A stretch of DNA of 64,000 nt from Microthyrium microscopicum (taxonomy: Eukaryota), in contig MU004231.1 in assembly GCA_010405405.1 (NCBI GenBank), forward strand, positions 1,805,784 through 1,869,783. Reading direction: 5' to 3'. A program made the translations under genes and the position numbers. Below the pieces are notes generated by a model that worked only from the letters and a program-made list of their open reading frames with translations, was not told where the DNA came from and did not search any database. Within the stretch, counting starts at the first letter, position 1. The number at the start of each line of letters is the position of its first letter. Below, in pieces: positions 63,079 to 64,000 of this stretch.

Positions 63079-64000
63079 ATGACAACACGATACAGGGTTG
63101 AGTGTCAGTGACCGCAACTTCCACAATCTATAATGTATATAGTAAAGAGAAACTAACAACAATCAATAGATGCACTCAAAGTACGAGAGGTTTTTCATAT
63201 TTCATTGTGTGTGATATTTCAGCTAATGCTGTTGTTTGAACTAGTCGCATCGAAGAGACCAATTGGTTAGTACCGGGTTATTCTTTACAAGTGGAGAAAC
63301 AACATGTGCTAACGAAGTGTAGATAGAATGGATCAAAGTCAGTATATATCGATATAGAACAACTTCAAGGAGACTACGATTTGATACTAAGCTTCACTAC
63401 GTAGGGATTACTTGCAGTGCCCTTCGTGCTGCATTCGCAGCCAACGGCTGTCTTTGAGCCGCAAAAGGAAACGACTGACCAGATGGCAAATAATGCCCAA
63501 CGGCGATATCTTGAGATTATGCGTGACGTTGAGGAGCTAATCAACGATCATAGTGAGTCTTCTGTTTCGCGATCAGATCAGATATCTGACTTCTGTGTAG
63601 TTCGACATCAAAAGGCTGGAACCGAAGAATATTCCAAACTGAAGCTCCTAGTGCCATCCATAGGCATGTTTTTCACGCCGTTATACCTACATGATGCTTT
63701 CATATACCAAGACAGCCAACGATATATCAGCTGGCGTCGCTTCGTGGCGCCCTCATTCAACGACATCCGTCTAGTTCTCAACACTGCCCAAGTCATGAGT
63801 CTCATCAGATCAGGACCTCTTGAACTCGTAACCTTCGACGGAGACGTAACTCTTTACGACGATGGAAAGTCCCTAGAACCAGATTCTCCCATGATCCCAC
63901 GCCTCCTAAACCTACTACGAGATGGCACCAAAATAGGAATCGTCACCGCCGCCGGCTACACCTCAGCGCGCAAATACTACGAGCGTCTCCACGGTCTTCT
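63079..64000 (+). CDS. ISN1: IMP-specific 5'-nucleotidase (5' part, runs off the window)
   Basis: Spliced MTTRYRVEYALKSHRRDQLIEWIKGLLAVPFVLHSQP, SKLKLLVPSIG.FFTPL, RRFVAPSFNDIRLVLNTAQ and HAD motif LVTFDGDVTLYDDG. Confidence 0.93.

Noticed and set aside
1..64000. CRISPR arrays, rRNA, tRNA or prokaryotic-type systems
   Set aside because: The sequence is eukaryotic with spliceosomal introns; no regularly spaced repeats or structural-RNA signatures were seen by eye, and no covariance search was run.

Overview
Gene-dense, intron-rich DNA from a filamentous ascomycete (Pezizomycotina; Dothideomycete-like is only an impression from protein style). About 29 gene models can be built by hand. Conserved housekeeping genes include a Siw14-type phosphatase, succinyl-CoA ligase beta, enoyl-CoA hydratase, KRE9, an Ibp1/Ych1-type Cdc25-like phosphatase, GVP36, MDJ1, BRO1, ERG13, PAF1 and the 5' part of ISN1. 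Accessory genes lie between them. The best hidden feature is at 44.3-47.7 kb and appears only as fragments in the ORF track: three tandem six-exon paralogues encoding ~200-aa, probably secreted proteins with a 19-Cys scaffold (17 in copy 2), built from exon-encoded di-cysteine (CC...CC-xx-[G/S/A]G) modules with highly variable loops. The middle copy carries a frameshift. Just upstream (37.9-44.1 kb) are an FAD monooxygenase, a Zn2Cys6 transcription factor and a signal-peptide-bearing PhlG/phloretin-hydrolase-family C-C hydrolase, a candidate phenolic/antibiotic detoxification module. An accessory patch at 28-36 kb holds a probable pseudogene, an orphan 799-aa membrane protein, a divergent RTA1-like 7-TM gene and an Asp f 4-like secreted protein. 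No rRNA, tRNA, CRISPR array or recognisable transposon was found. All family calls are motif recognition by eye; no database searches were run.
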